This document shows positions 39,960 to 52,507 of a DNA stretch of 64,000 bases, one piece after another. The notes under the pieces were generated by a model that was not told the DNA's origin, did no database searches, and worked only from the letters and a program-made list of their open reading frames with translations. Numbering within the stretch: position 1 is the stretch's first letter; each line of letters starts with the position of its first letter. The translations under genes were made by a program, and so were the position numbers. Origin of the DNA: Octopus sinensis (taxonomy: Eukaryota); assembly GCF_006345805.1 (NCBI RefSeq), contig NC_043008.1:68386001-68450000 (forward strand). The letters run 5' to 3'.

Positions 39960-41400
39960 ATGATATTTGTGTTAAATGTTGCGAGCCAATACCTGCAGCA
40001 TAGACATGAACAGTATTAAAATTCCAGAGGTCCAATGTCTCGAGGGCGGGGGAAAAATGCGTATTTGTGATGAGCGCTGGGTTTGGACGTAGCAAGGACA
40101 ATGAGAAGTAGAGAAGTGAATGGATCAAGGGTACCCGAAAGAAGGAGGTATGGGATGAGTTGCTGTTTTCACATTTTGGTACATAGGTAGTAGTTCTATA
40201 AATGGGTGTTAATCGATACATCGACTCTTGACTGGTATTCTATTTTACCGACTCCTGTAGGATGAAAGGCATAATTAACCCCCAGCAGAATTTGAACTCA
40301 GAATGCAATAAGTCGGAAGAAATATCTCGAAGTATTTTATTTGATGCTCTGACTATTCGGTCTACTCACCATCTCTATGAAAAGGAATGAAATATAAACT
40401 GTTTAAAAAAGTGAAAATGGACCGCTAAAGTCAATGATCGTCGCTACATTTTTTATCAAAACACTGCCTATGTGCACCAAATATATATTCTCCCGAGCTA
40501 GGACAGATGAAAGTTGATCGTAAGTTGGACTTAGATACAGGATGTAGTAAGACGAAAATATACAACACAAAGAATATTGTTAAATGCCTTTATCAATTTA
40601 ATGACTATAACAACTACGATTTTTAGGAACTAGGCGTAACTGTAATTACTTCCCTTTAGTAGAATTCTTTTGTAGAAGAGTTTTAAAAATTTCCCATTAT
40701 TAGAGAAGCTATGGCGGAAAATACTAATGGAACCAAAACAGAAATGACGACAGAATCGTCAAACGAAGTGGAAGACATCGGTGTATACACGCAGGTAAAA
40801 AGACTAAGTTTATATATTAATATACTGCATTAATATTTGGGAATTTAGTGGTCATCTGGTTTGTATTAGTTAAAATTTTATATGAAGACCAATGTTTCGA
40901 CGTCTGTAGGGTTTTTGGCGTCAACGTTTACAGTTATCAAACCAGCAACATAAATTTGTTATATTGATTATAGGAGGATGAGAGGAAAACAGATTGTGTG
41001 GAGTTCATGCCTTCCTGGGAGACGCTAGTAATCGGTTCCTAATAAAATGGCTATAACTGAGAATGGAAATCAGACACGTACTCTAGTCCCACCACGCTGT
41101 ATAATTTTTAACACGCAGATACATATTTTGGAATATCTAAATAAATGCGATGTTGTGACGTTCATGTTGTGTCTTTCGTGAGGTAGTGGTGAGTAATAGA
41201 CGTGAAATTAAAATAGCTATGAGCATGAATTGAAATTATGTTTACTCGGCTGTGGTTAATGTATTATGTAACTACAGGCGTTATATATATATATATATAT
41301 TAGAAGCAGTGAGATGTTGTGATATTAATTCTTTTCATAAGGCTTTTACCATTGTATGCAAAATGAAATGTTCGCAGCTGTGAAGCGATACCAGGTTACA
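39960..41400. promoter_or_regulatory. CpG-retaining promoter/first-exon region of EXOSC10
   Basis: By eye, CG dinucleotides are visibly denser than in flanking DNA, around the ATG at 40711, and the region is largely free of old SINEs. Not quantified. Confidence 0.5.
40711..40794 (+). CDS. EXOSC10: EXOSC10/Rrp6 exon 1
   Basis: gaagctATGG start in a CpG-retaining region, donor GTaaaa, phase 0; MAENTNGTKTEMTTESSNEVEDIGVYTQ. Joins in frame to exon 2. Sequence similarity here is weak, so the call rests on position and phase. Confidence 0.7.
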
Positions 41401-43290
41401 GAATCATCCTGGAGTCTAGCAGCTGCTTGTTACTTTATGGATGCTGGAGCAATGTAATGTTGAGGCATTCATCAGTTTTCTCAAGGTAGTTATAGTACAA
41501 TTGTGAAGGCAAGATTTTATGTATATCTTTACATATATATATAAGCGAAAGCTTGACAAAAAAGAAAAAAAAAACAAAGAGAGGAAAAAATATTGATATC
41601 TTTGAACTGCGTAAATAACTCGAAAATTAATATTAGAAATCCCCTGACCTTCTCCACCCCCAAATAACGAGGTATATTGTTATAGTTACCTTGTATATTT
41701 TTTATGAATTTCCTACCAAAGATATACAAGGAATGGATTTGATTAAACTTTTGAAGAAACAACAGGTCAGTCTTCATCTAACTGGACTATGATCAAAGAC
41801 GTTTCATTTATGACCACCCTGCCATTTATTTATTTAGACATAGTTTACTAAACTAGTAGTCCACTACTAAAAGCCCATTTTATTGCATCAGTTTTCTTGT
41901 AGACCCAAAGGTTTTGAAAGATCTGTTTACAGATTTTGAACTCGGTTCACTAATCTCCAGTTATATCTTTGCAGAATCCCAGGTTGGGATTTCTGCTGAT
42001 TTAGACAATAGTATCCAATGTGTTTTACTTTAAGATGGTAAGATGTGGTTTGAAGAAGATTTGGTCACATATGCTTAGTGTGTGTGTGTAAGATTTGGTT
42101 ACATATGCTTAGTGTGTATGTGTATATATGTATATATATATAAGCAAAGTAGCTATGTATATATACTGGGTGCAGATTGCATCAATAACCAGCTGGAGGA
42201 GGCTCTTCCTGGGGTTAAAAAAGGTAGTAGCATTGAACAGCCATATTGATGTAGCAATAAACATTACTTATATGTATGTATATGTGAATTTAACGTACAC
42301 TTTTTCATGCTTGTATGAGTCAGATGGAATTTGTTATGGTCAAATTTTTTACAGTCAGATGCTCTTTCTGTCACTAACCCTCACCTATTTCCCAGCAAAG
42401 TTATAGTTCCTCATAGCTATACATATTTTCATAGAAGACTGGAAATGGACAACCTCCCTTGTATGACAATGATATTCACTTACAACCATCAGATGATGAC
42501 TAGACAAGGGTACACAGACACGTGTGCATACACACACACACGACTAGCTTCTTTCAGTCTGTCTACCAAATCCACTCAAGGCTTTGGTGAACTTGGGGTT
42601 GTATAAGTAGAAGACACTCAGCTGCTGCACATTGGGACTGAACCCCAAGACCACATGGTTGGAAAGCAATCATGTTGTCCTGGGGTTCACGTATGGACTG
42701 ATCAATGTCTTGTGAATGAATTTCATAGACAGAAAATGTGTGGAAGCTCATTGTTTATATATAAATACATGTGATATGTGTGTGTGCCTTTATGTTTGCC
42801 TACCATTCAGAAACTGGTGTAGGTTTGTTTATGATCCTGTGAGTAGTTTAGCAAAAGAGATCAATAGAAGATGTAACAGACTTGAAAAGAGTACTGGGGT
42901 TGATTTATTTGGCTAAATCCATCAAGCTGGTGCCCCATCATAGCCACAATCCAGTGACTGAAACAATGACAGTGGCAAAAGAATGTGTGTCTGTATGTCT
43001 GTATGGTAAAAGATGACTAAAAGGATTAGTATCCGGAAGGGCATGGCCTCAAAAAATCCCATCCAACCCCCACAACATGGCAGAATGGATATCTGCAGAT
43101 ATGGTTGTTTGGTAAGAAGTTTGCTTTCCAACCACATTCTTTTGGGTTCTGTCCCACTCTGTGGCACTTAAGGCAAGTGTCTTCTACTATAACCCTTAGC
43201 TGACCAAAGCTTTGTGAATAGATTAGGTAGACAGAAACTGAAAGAAGCCCATTTTATATATATATATATATTCACTTTATTACTTTATTA

Positions 43291-43419
43291 AAAAGAAGCA
43301 AAAATATCACAAAAACTGTTATTCTGAATTTCACGTTCCCATTTGTTGGACAACAAAACTCTGACGAATGAGAATGTGAAACTCTGAGTAACAGTTTTTG
43401 TGATATTTTTGCTGCTTTT
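43291..43419. repeat. Palindromic element (about 45-bp imperfect arms)
   Basis: agcaaaaatatcacaaaaactgtta... / ...taacagtttttgtgatatttttgct. Confidence 0.8.
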
Positions 43420-43496
43420 CAATATAGCATATTACTCTATCTCTGGTATTTAAGTACTATTTTTTCCACCTTGTTTTGCATTTATGTGCTTACTCT

Positions 43497-43533
<37 letters not shown>

Positions 43534-43556
43534 ATGATGACACATACATATATATG

Positions 43557-43608
<52 letters not shown>

Positions 43609-44439
43609 GCCATTGCAGGTGTCATGTAAATGGCACCCGTGCTGGTGGCACATAAAAAACACCCATTATACTCTTGGAGTGGTCGGTGTTAAGAAGGGCA
43701 TCCAGGTATAGAAACTAAGCCAAATCAAATTGGAATCTGGTGCAGTTCCAGTCAAACTGTCTAATGCATGCCAGCATGGAAACTGGACATTAAATAATGA
43801 TGGTGATAGAGATCTTGTGGTGGTCTGCCCTTGGACAGGTACTGTGTATATGAACCTTCTCCACCACTTTCTGTACGACCTGAGAGGGCCTGTGTCCCCC
43901 TCTTCCACCTTTAAGTAAATTACTATAACTTTGGTTACCATGAGCAATCTTGGGGTGAATACTGAAGTGGTTCCCTGTTGCCTTCTCCAGGCAAGTGAGA
44001 TTTGAACTCTGAATGTAAAAAGCTGGAAGATATACTGTAAAGCGTCTCTACCTATGTGTCAACAATTCTGCCACTCCCCACCCGCAGAGCAACATGAAAT
44101 GAAGTGTTTTGCTCAAGAACACAATTTGCTACCCAGTCGGGGAACTGAACCCATGATCTAGCAATCATGAGTGCAGTACCTTAACCACTCATCCATGCAC
44201 CTTATATATTCTTTTATTCTTTTAGTCATTTTGACTGTAGCTATGCTGGAGCACTGCCTTAAAGGGTTTTAGTTGAAGAAATTGACCCCAGGACTTATTC
44301 TTTTTAAACCTAGTACTTATTCTATCAGTCCCTTCTGCCAAGCTGCTAAGTTACAGGGACATAACCACACCAGCATTGGTTGTCAAGTGATGGTGGTGGG
44401 GACAGGGGAAGGAAAAACAGACACTCACACATAAATATA

Positions 44440-44502
<63 letters not shown>

Positions 44503-44505
<3 letters not shown>

Positions 44506-44830
44506 GTGAAATAGAAAGATGAATAATCTTGTAGTAGATTAATCAAAAGTTTAACCGATACCTTAGTAGCAAAAATCACAGCAGTGAACAGCACGGTTGG
44601 AGGTACAACCATCTGGCGTTGCAACCGTGCGTTGGTGCGGATAATTGAAATTTTTGCTCTGCCTCTGTTCTGTTTTTGTTTTTCCAACGGATTTCCTTTT
44701 TTCTTCCTGAAGAGAAAGACACAATATGGTCCCATTATTCAATCGGATTTTGGTAATTTGTGCCTTTCGAAACACGTGTAGAATGAAATAAAACGATTTC
44801 TGTTCAATCTGCGTTCAGCTCCATTTCTTC
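44503..44830 (+). mobile_element. Probable Penelope-like terminal repeat (pLTR) or retrozyme-like insert carrying the hammerhead
   Basis: CpG-rich 330-bp block between (TA)n tracts with the hammerhead followed directly by AATAAA, a layout known for Penelope-like element termini. Confidence 0.5.
44701..44788 (+). ncRNA. Minimal type I hammerhead ribozyme motif, intact core
   Basis: CTGAAGA 44707-44713; 11-bp stem II with one mismatch (44714-44724/44758-44768, G10.1-C11.1); GAAA 44769-44772; palindrome ACACGTGT 44772-44779; GUA cleavage triplet ending 44780; stem I ttc/gaa extendable past a bulge. Confidence 0.75.
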
Positions 44831-44846
44831 AACTCACCAATAATGT

Positions 44847-44879
<33 letters not shown>

Positions 44880-46870
44880 ATACAGGACTGGCTTTTCTCA
44901 GTTTCCATTTATCAAATCCACTCACAAGGCTTTGGTTGACCTGAGGTTACAGTAGAAAACATTTGCCCAAGGTGCCACACAGTGGCACTGAATTCAGAAC
45001 CTTGTGGATGGGAAGCAAGCTTCTTACTACACAGCCATGCCTGCGCCTATATGTATGTATGTATGTGTCTCCTTGTTTTGACATCGCATTTAGTGTCATT
45101 CATTTACAAAATACTGTGAGAACATATCTGGTTAAGGGGAAATATAACTTTGGAAAAAGGTGAATGTTGGCAACAGGAAATGCATCCATCTGTAGAACAT
45201 CTACCATCTCCCACTGTGTTCATTGCTCTCTCACCTCTCACTCATCCTACTCCTCTATCAGAGTACCTCCCTATTAGGACTTTATCTCTTTCCCATCATG
45301 GCACTTGTGTAACAAGAAATGGCAATGTGTTGGGGCTCTGTATTGAGTTTCTCTTACAATCATCTATTGTCTTTGCTTACTATCACCCTTTTCTCTCTCA
45401 TTACTCACTACATATTGATAATAATGTTGCATTACCCCCATTCTATCACCCATTTTCCTGCTATCCATTAATATTTCTCACATTACTCCATCCTTCACTC
45501 TCCTTCTCTCTCCCATTATGCTCTTCATCTTCCAGTATTTCTATCACTCTCTCTTCTCTACTATCATATCAATCTTTCTGTTTCTATCCAATCTCCTAGC
45601 TGACAGCCATTATGTAGGAGTATATCACTTTCTCTTCCATTACACTCCTCTCTATGATGTTTCTATCCAATCTCATTAGCAACAGTTGTCATGCATCTTG
45701 TCATTCCCTCGCTCTCTTTTCTGTTATTCTCTCTTCTTGTTTTGGTCCTCTTGTGTAGAAAAGAAAAAGGACAAATGGAGATAACACAGAGCAGTGAAGA
45801 GGCAGCTCTCTTTAGTCTTACCTTTCTGGTACTGGTCAATGAACAAACAGAGACAACATAGAGAGGATTCTTTATTCTTGCTAGGGACATGACAATCTAT
45901 CTTGTGCTGGAACCACAATAGCATGCACACAAAACACTCTGTAAAATGGTTGGCAATATTGAGAGCATCTAAGGTGGCGTGGCCTTGTGCCATAATTTGA
46001 AAGCAATATTGAGGGCATCCATCCTTAGAAACAATTTCAAAAGTGGCAACTGTGAATAAGACATGGTTTCATAATGTATGTGAGGGTAGTTACAATGGAT
46101 AAGAACTGACAAAAACTGTGGGAAACCACTTCAATTTTGTTGATTTCGAACCTGAGACCACCTTTAAAGCTGGTAATTTAGTACCTGGAAGATTTGATAT
46201 CTTTAATCTCATCATCGTCATCATTGTCATAACACCCATTTTTCCTAGCTTGCATGGGTCAGATGGAGTTTATTGAGGCAGATTATCTATGGCTGGATGC
46301 TCTTTCAGTCACCAATCCTCACTTGTGTCCAAGCAAGGCAATATTTCCTCATGGCCAGACATTATTTACAGAAATCTCATAATGTCAAAACAAGGAGACA
46401 AATATACACACACTCACACACATATACATACATACATCATCATCATCATTTAATGTCCATTTTTCATGCTAGTAGGGGTTAGATGATTTGACCAGAGCTG
46501 GCAAGCTGGAGAATTGGACCAGACCCCAGTCTGATTTAGCTTGGTTTCTATGGTTGGGTGCCCTCATATATATATATATATGTAAGAGACCTTTGCCCAA
46601 GGTACCACACTAAGACTAAACTTGAAACCATGTAGTTGCAAAGAACGCTTCTTACCTACACAGCTACACCTGCACCTAGATTAATGTAGATATAATTAAG
46701 GAGTATCCATTAGTCCAATCACAGTAATTACACACACAAAACATAAAAGGTAATAAAGTCTTCTTATACTGTGTATTGAGTACTACAAATAATTGTCTGT
46801 TATATTATTATGCAACAGTAAGTAGTGGAAGCTGAATTGTAATTTCCTGTTTCTGTTTCATTTTTTGTAG

Positions 46871-47007
46871 AAAGTTCTCCAGACTGTTCTTCAATGTGTG
46901 AAATCATCAAATGCACTGCCTGCTGAGGGAGATGACTATGACTTCTATTCCAGTTTTCCAGGTTTCCAAGAAATCATGGAAATTGAAGGCAAACGTATAC
47001 TACATAT
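46871..47007 (+). CDS. EXOSC10: EXOSC10 exon 2 (PMC2NT domain)
   Basis: ttttttgtAG / GTgagc; KVLQTVLQCVKSSNALPAEGDDYDFYSSFPGFQEIMEIEGKRILH matches the conserved Rrp6 DYDFYxSFPGF motif. Confidence 0.95.
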
Positions 47008-47041
47008 GTGAGCAGGATTTTCATTAATTTAATTGTCATCA

Positions 47042-47079
<38 letters not shown>

Positions 47080-47327
47080 AACAACAACAATGCTGTAAGC
47101 CAGTTGAATCATTAGCACTTTAGACAAAATGCTTAACAGCATTTTTGCCAGCCTTTTACATTCTGAGTTGAAATATTGCCTGGGTCAGTCTTTGCCCTTC
47201 ATCCTTTTAGGGGGTTGATAAAATAAGTACCGGTCAAGCATCGAGGTTGCCATAATCAACTTATCCCTCTCCTAAAATTGGCCGCCTTGTGCCGAAATTT
47301 GAAACTATTATTATTATTATCATTATT

Positions 47328-47882
47328 GAGTGAGAGAGCAGTGCATGCCATCAAAGTGACACTGGGGTAAAATATACGAAGCCCAGTATACCCATCATGA
47401 CTACCCGTCTGATAAGGGTATACCAGGCACATGCATCACAACCATATGTGCGTGACATGGTGATCTCATATCAAGATAAACAGCACATGACCTTGCAGGT
47501 GGGGCCCAGTTAGAATTTTCTTCTGGTCGAGTAACCCATCCTGCTCGAAAGGTCCCTGAATAAGGGTTGTTTAAGGATGTTGAACAAAATGCCCATGTTT
47601 CCAGAGGTGAATTATTCAAACCCCAAAGAATCCCTCTCAACACATGGCTATGATGCTCACCCACTACTTCTGCTCGTGATCAGAGTTGCACATATCGTCA
47701 GTCACTAAGGGACATGCTCAACTGGTTATGGTCAAACAACTGACAAGCAAACCTATGGTATTTAGCAGAATATTTGCTGTAGCCCATCTTTTATTTCAAG
47801 ACAAAACAATGTACATGATAACACTTCCAATCAGTTAAGATAAGAAGCCATGAAAGCCACTGCCTGGTACTGCATCAGGGCA
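47328..47882 (-). mobile_element. About 550-bp interspersed retroelement-like repeat, copy 2
   Basis: Collinear with 10466-11004. Confidence 0.75.
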
Positions 47883-48671
47883 TTTTATTATTATTATCAT
47901 TATTATTATTATGGTTGACTTTGCCTTTCATCCTTTCAGGGTCATTAAAAAAATAAGCACCAGTTGAGCACTAGAGGTCAATGTAATTGACTACCCCCTC
48001 CACCCAAATTTCAGGCCTTGTGTCTGTAATAGAAAGAATTATTGTTATTATTAACAACAGCAGCAACAATGCCTTAAGCTAGTAGAACTGTCAGGAGATT
48101 GGACAAAATGCTCAACAGCATTTTTACCAGTCTTTTATATTCTGAGTTCAAATATTGCCTCGGTTAAATTTGCCCTTCATCCTTTTAAGTGTTGATTAGT
48201 GGTCAATGTGATTGATGTACCCCTTTATCTAATATTGTTGGCCTTGTGCCAAAATTTGAAACTTATTATTGTTGTTGTTACTGAAATGGTCATTAAGTGC
48301 TTCAACATGGCTAGAGTCTCAACTTTAATCCTATATTTTTCTTCACTTTACTATAATTGAATACAAATAAGCTGCCGAGCTGAAAATCTCTCAGGATGTT
48401 TAAAATGAGAGATCAAGGACACGTTCAACTGATCTTTTTAAAGATTCTTAAACAAATATATTTCTGAACAGTTTGAAATGTTCAAATTTATATAAAATTG
48501 ATGCTCACTCAAATTGCGAGCAAAAAGAATCTAACATCTGTGTTATATAACTTAAAATCAGAATTCAGTGAAAAAACAGACTAAAATAATTTGTAATTTG
48601 AAATCAGTTTGATTTCTTAAAACAATTTAGTTTTTGCAGTTCTGTATTTAAGAGATGAGGAATTATGCACA

Positions 48672-49076
48672 TTATTTACATTCGACAGATATTTGTCCTC
48701 ATCGTGTTTGTTGTTAACACAACGTTTTGACTGATATACCTTCCAACTTTCTTCAGGTGTCTTGGGGAAATTTCGAATGTGGGTTCGAAATTTCCCCAAG
48801 ACACCTTAACCACTATACCATATGCCCACAGGCATATGGCGTAGTGGTTAAGAGCACGAGCTACTAAACCCAAGATTCCGAGTTCGATTCCAAGCAGTGA
48901 CCTGAATAATAACAACAACAACAATAATAATAATAATATTGAAAAATACCTTAGGAATGAGAACCCATGTTTAAAATTTCCCCAAGACACCTGAAGAAGG
49001 TTGGAGGGTATATCAGCCAAAACGTTATGTTAACAACAAACAAGATGAGGACAAATATCCATCGAATGTAAATAAT
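48672..49076. mobile_element. Inverted pair of Penelope-like terminal repeats (about 115 bp arms) around a tRNA-like head
   Basis: 48672-48787 is the reverse complement of 48961-49076. Each arm has a CTGAAGA-stem II-AAAA-CGTT hammerhead remnant. A-box (tggcgtagtgg) and B-box (gagttcgattcc) lie at about 48836-48900. Confidence 0.6.
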
Positions 49077-49092
49077 TTAGTTTTTGTTTTAA

Positions 49093-49312
49093 TCCTTCAG
49101 CATTCAGATTACTCTTTCAAATGTAATGCTTATTTATCCACATTGTTCTAAATTAATCATGCATTAGCTTATAGCTTGGTGATTTTGATGATGTGACTAT
49201 TTAGTTTTAGAATGACATTGTACGGTAAGTGTGAGAGGCTGGATATAGCTGGTTTGAAATTAAAACAGGTAGAATATTTGGGCTGGATGTGGCTGGTTTA
49301 AATACTAAAGGG
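49093..49312. mobile_element. piggyBac-type MITE (second family)
   Basis: TTAA|tccttcagcatt ... aatactaaaggg|TTAA. A partial inverted relative lies at about 5594-5785. Confidence 0.7.
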
Positions 49313-49864
49313 TTAAATTCAAATTTGATTTCAGTGTGTAACTTCTATTTCTGCTTCAGTTTCTTTTTTGTTTCTATATTCAATCTCAAAACCTTTCCCT
49401 TTTTGTGATTTCAGTTTATTGAAGTAGCCAAGTTATATTTAAATTTCATGCTTTAAAAATAACCGAAAAAAGGAAAAGGGCTGACTTGAGAAATACTAAA
49501 ATAAAAGTAGGGGTAAGTGGGGGTAAAAACCCAAAAACATAACAAGAGGTAAAAATTTTTTTAAAAACCAAAAAAAAAAAAAAAAACTTGGAAATCTGAA
49601 AAAATTAAGAAATAACAAAACAGAAAAATTTGAGAAAATTTGAAGGATTGGGAATTGGTGAAAACTAAAAATAAAGTTACAAAAAAAACTGGTCAAAAAC
49701 TTTTTATGAATTTTTATAAACTAAAACATTTATGAATTTATTTGAAATAGAAATCCATGTAAATGATTGATAAAAGTTCTTTGTGCATGATTTATTTTTA
49801 TGGTCTAGCTAGGATGTCCATCTACTGACCATTTTGTTTATTGTGGTGGTGATTTCTTTTGTAG

Positions 49865-49991
49865 CATTCAAAACATTATGAAACACCAACTTGTGAAAGG
49901 AAGCGTTGTGGGAGAAAGTCAGAGCTCGACAGAGATAGAAGATAGATTTGAGCACATCATTGATGCCAATGACCAGCTGCTGGAGAAAATT
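49865..49991 (+). CDS. EXOSC10: EXOSC10 exon 3 (PMC2NT domain)
   Basis: ttcttttgtAG / GTaagt, phase 2 to 0; IQNIMKHQLVKGSVVGESQSSTEIEDRFEHIIDANDQLLEKI (conserved EDxF..DANDxxLE). Confidence 0.95.
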
Positions 49992-50890
49992 GTAAGTATT
50001 CTCTCTTTGCATTCATTGCTTTCAGACAACAGCCAACATATTTTCTTGTGATGCCCAACTTTAGATTGTCATAAGAGAAACAGATGAACTAATCAGTGCT
50101 TTGGTAGTTTGTATCTTGCATCCTTGGCCAAGAACACACAGTTCTCTTTCCACAGTCTATTCTTGAGTAGGTAAGGTGTAGGGCTGCGAAGTCACTTTAG
50201 ACCTGTTTTGCTGAGGACTTAGCCATCCCTATCATACTGGTGCCATAGCAAATGCACCCAGTGCACTCCGTAAAGTGATTGGTGATTGGAACGGCATCAA
50301 GCTGTAGAAAGCAAACCAAATAACACATACTAGCACCAGTGTGTGAGAGCAGAGGCTTATAATAAAAAATGATTACCTGTCTGATTTATGCCAGCATGGA
50401 AAGTGGATGTAAAATGATGATGATAATTTGTATATATATGCGTGTGTTTATGTATGTGTATACACTCCTGTCATCATCTGTGCCTGTTTCCAAGCCGGGT
50501 AATATTTCCCAATGTCCAGACATGTTTTTGCACAATATGACAAGGGACTGGGAGATATGGCGATTTGTTATACTTGGTAAAATGCATCAAGGTAAGTAAA
50601 ATTGCTGTCTTCCACACATACAGGCTTGTCCTTTCATATGCTGGAGTCACTTAAAAAGCACCCATGCCGGTGCTGTGTAAAGCACCCAGCAAACTCTGTT
50701 AAGCGGTTGGCATTAAAAGAGCATCCAGCTGTAGAAACCATGCCACAACAGACAATTTGAGTCCAGACAGCTCCCTGCTAACCAGCTCCATGTCAAACCA
50801 TCCAAGCCATGCCAGCATGGAAAGTGGATGTTAAATGATGATGATTGGAAATGAATTTCATTCATTTACCAAAAATAAGCCCATTCTATT

Positions 50891-51019
50891 TTAAGCCTAT
50901 GGACTTATATTCAGAAAGTATAGCCTCAGTAATTTAAGCCTATGGACTTATATTCAGAAAGTATAGCCTCAGTAATTTAAGCCTATGGACTTATATTCAG
51001 AAAGTATAGCCTCAGTAAT
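50891..51019 (+). repeat. Perfect 43-bp tandem repeat x3
   Basis: ttaagcctatggacttatattcagaaagtatagcctcagtaat at 50891, 50934 and 50977, with no spacers. Confidence 0.95.
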
Positions 51020-51749
51020 TTTTATTATTTTCCCCACCAAAAAAATATTTAAGCAAAATTATTTTATTTTTGGAAAAAGCAGTATTTTAAAATTGAAATG
51101 AAATAAAATTAGTTTTAAAAAAATGCAGTAGTATTTGCCTGACTAGTCATCCCTAGGAGAAAATTGAAAGTGATGAATTAGGTGAAGTAATGAATTAGCC
51201 AAAGACAAATTAGGTTAATTCTACTGTATTAATGCTAACTAATAAATTTTACTCATGATTTGTTAGATTAAATTTTTTTAATGTGGAAGAATTGACTAAA
51301 CATATGGTTAATTTGAAACCATTTAATGACCATTCTACTGCAATCAATGTTTCTTTTTTAGTAATGGGATTTCAATTCAAGTGAAAAAAAAAATATTTTG
51401 CAGTATTATTTACAACTTCATACTTTATTGTTTGTACTTGATTCAACTAAATAAAATGACTATTTTAATTGTATAATTCAAAAGACTTGAAGACAATATG
51501 TACGTATACATTGCCGAGGTCCATCATATAAGCTAAAATAAAATATAGATTTCTTTTTAAAACAAAAAAATAGTTGGACTCAAAGTTGATTTCAGGTGTT
51601 ACTCTCCTGTTTTTGATCTCACATATTTTACTGAAACTTTTTTTCTACTGAAGCAATTTTCAAATTTTGTAACTGAAAATGTAGCTTAGGATGTGACCAA
51701 TCTAAAAATGTAAACATCATCTAATTTCGTTTAAACCTGAGTTAGTGAC

Positions 51750-52230
51750 AAAGCCTAGAAGTAGTCGCGAGTAAGTAAATGTTGACCGTAAGAATATTAT
51801 TTTGACACGGCAGTGTGTGAATGATACACACACTTATATATATGGTGACAAAGGGCCTCTCGCTCAGCGTGAAAGGTAGATTGTACAATGTATGTGTGAA
51901 CTGCCATGCTACACAGCAGTGAAAATGGGCCGTGCCTGCTGAGGACACGTTTAGGGTTGAAAGAAATGAAGCTAATATGATCCACTGGATGTGTAATGTC
52001 AGAGTGGAAGAGCTTTGAGAGAAGCATCAAATGTGGTTTTCAAGAGAGACGACTGCACTGGTATGGTCATGTGGTACGTATGGATGATGAGTGCTGTGAA
52101 GAAGTGTCACTCTCTAACAGTGAAAGGAACCCATGGAAGAGGGAGACATGGGATGAAGTGGTAAAGTATAACCTTTGGACGTTAGGCCTCACAGAAGCAA
52201 TGAGGAAAAACTGAGACCCCTGGAGATATG
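51750..52230. mobile_element. RTE LINE 3' fragments, degenerate
   Basis: gaaaggtagattgtacaat...RRLHWYGHVVRMD...TWDEVVKYNL remnants. Confidence 0.7.
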
Positions 52231-52507
52231 CTGTGATTAAAAAGATCTGGCAAGGAAAGTGAGATCACAGCTGTAGCCTACACCAGTGCTGCATAACCAG
52301 CCTATTTAAAAAGTACCTTTGAATTGTTGGGCGACATTGAGTCACGTAAATCAAAATCAAATCAAATCACAATCATATTGTACTTGTGGCCATTACCAGT
52401 GCTGGTGGCATGCAAAAAGCACCATTCATGTGTGGGTTGCTGCCAGAGTCGCCTGACTAGCTCCCTGTGCTGGTGGTATGTAAAAAGCACCATCTTAACG
52501 TGGCACA

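Noticed and set aside
40880-40935. Hammerhead-like gacg/cgtc-GAAAC motif on the minus strand
   Set aside because: No CUGANGA upstream of the putative stem II.
45150-45599. 149-aa ORF in EXOSC10 intron 1
   Set aside because: Starts in a SINE fragment and continues through CT-rich low-complexity sequence; no domain-like content.
48836-48902. tRNA gene
   Set aside because: A and B boxes are present, but there is no complete acceptor stem or cloverleaf and it sits inside a repeat; it is a SINE-type head.
50891-51019. 43-bp direct repeats as a CRISPR array
   Set aside because: No spacers, eukaryotic intron context and no cas genes.
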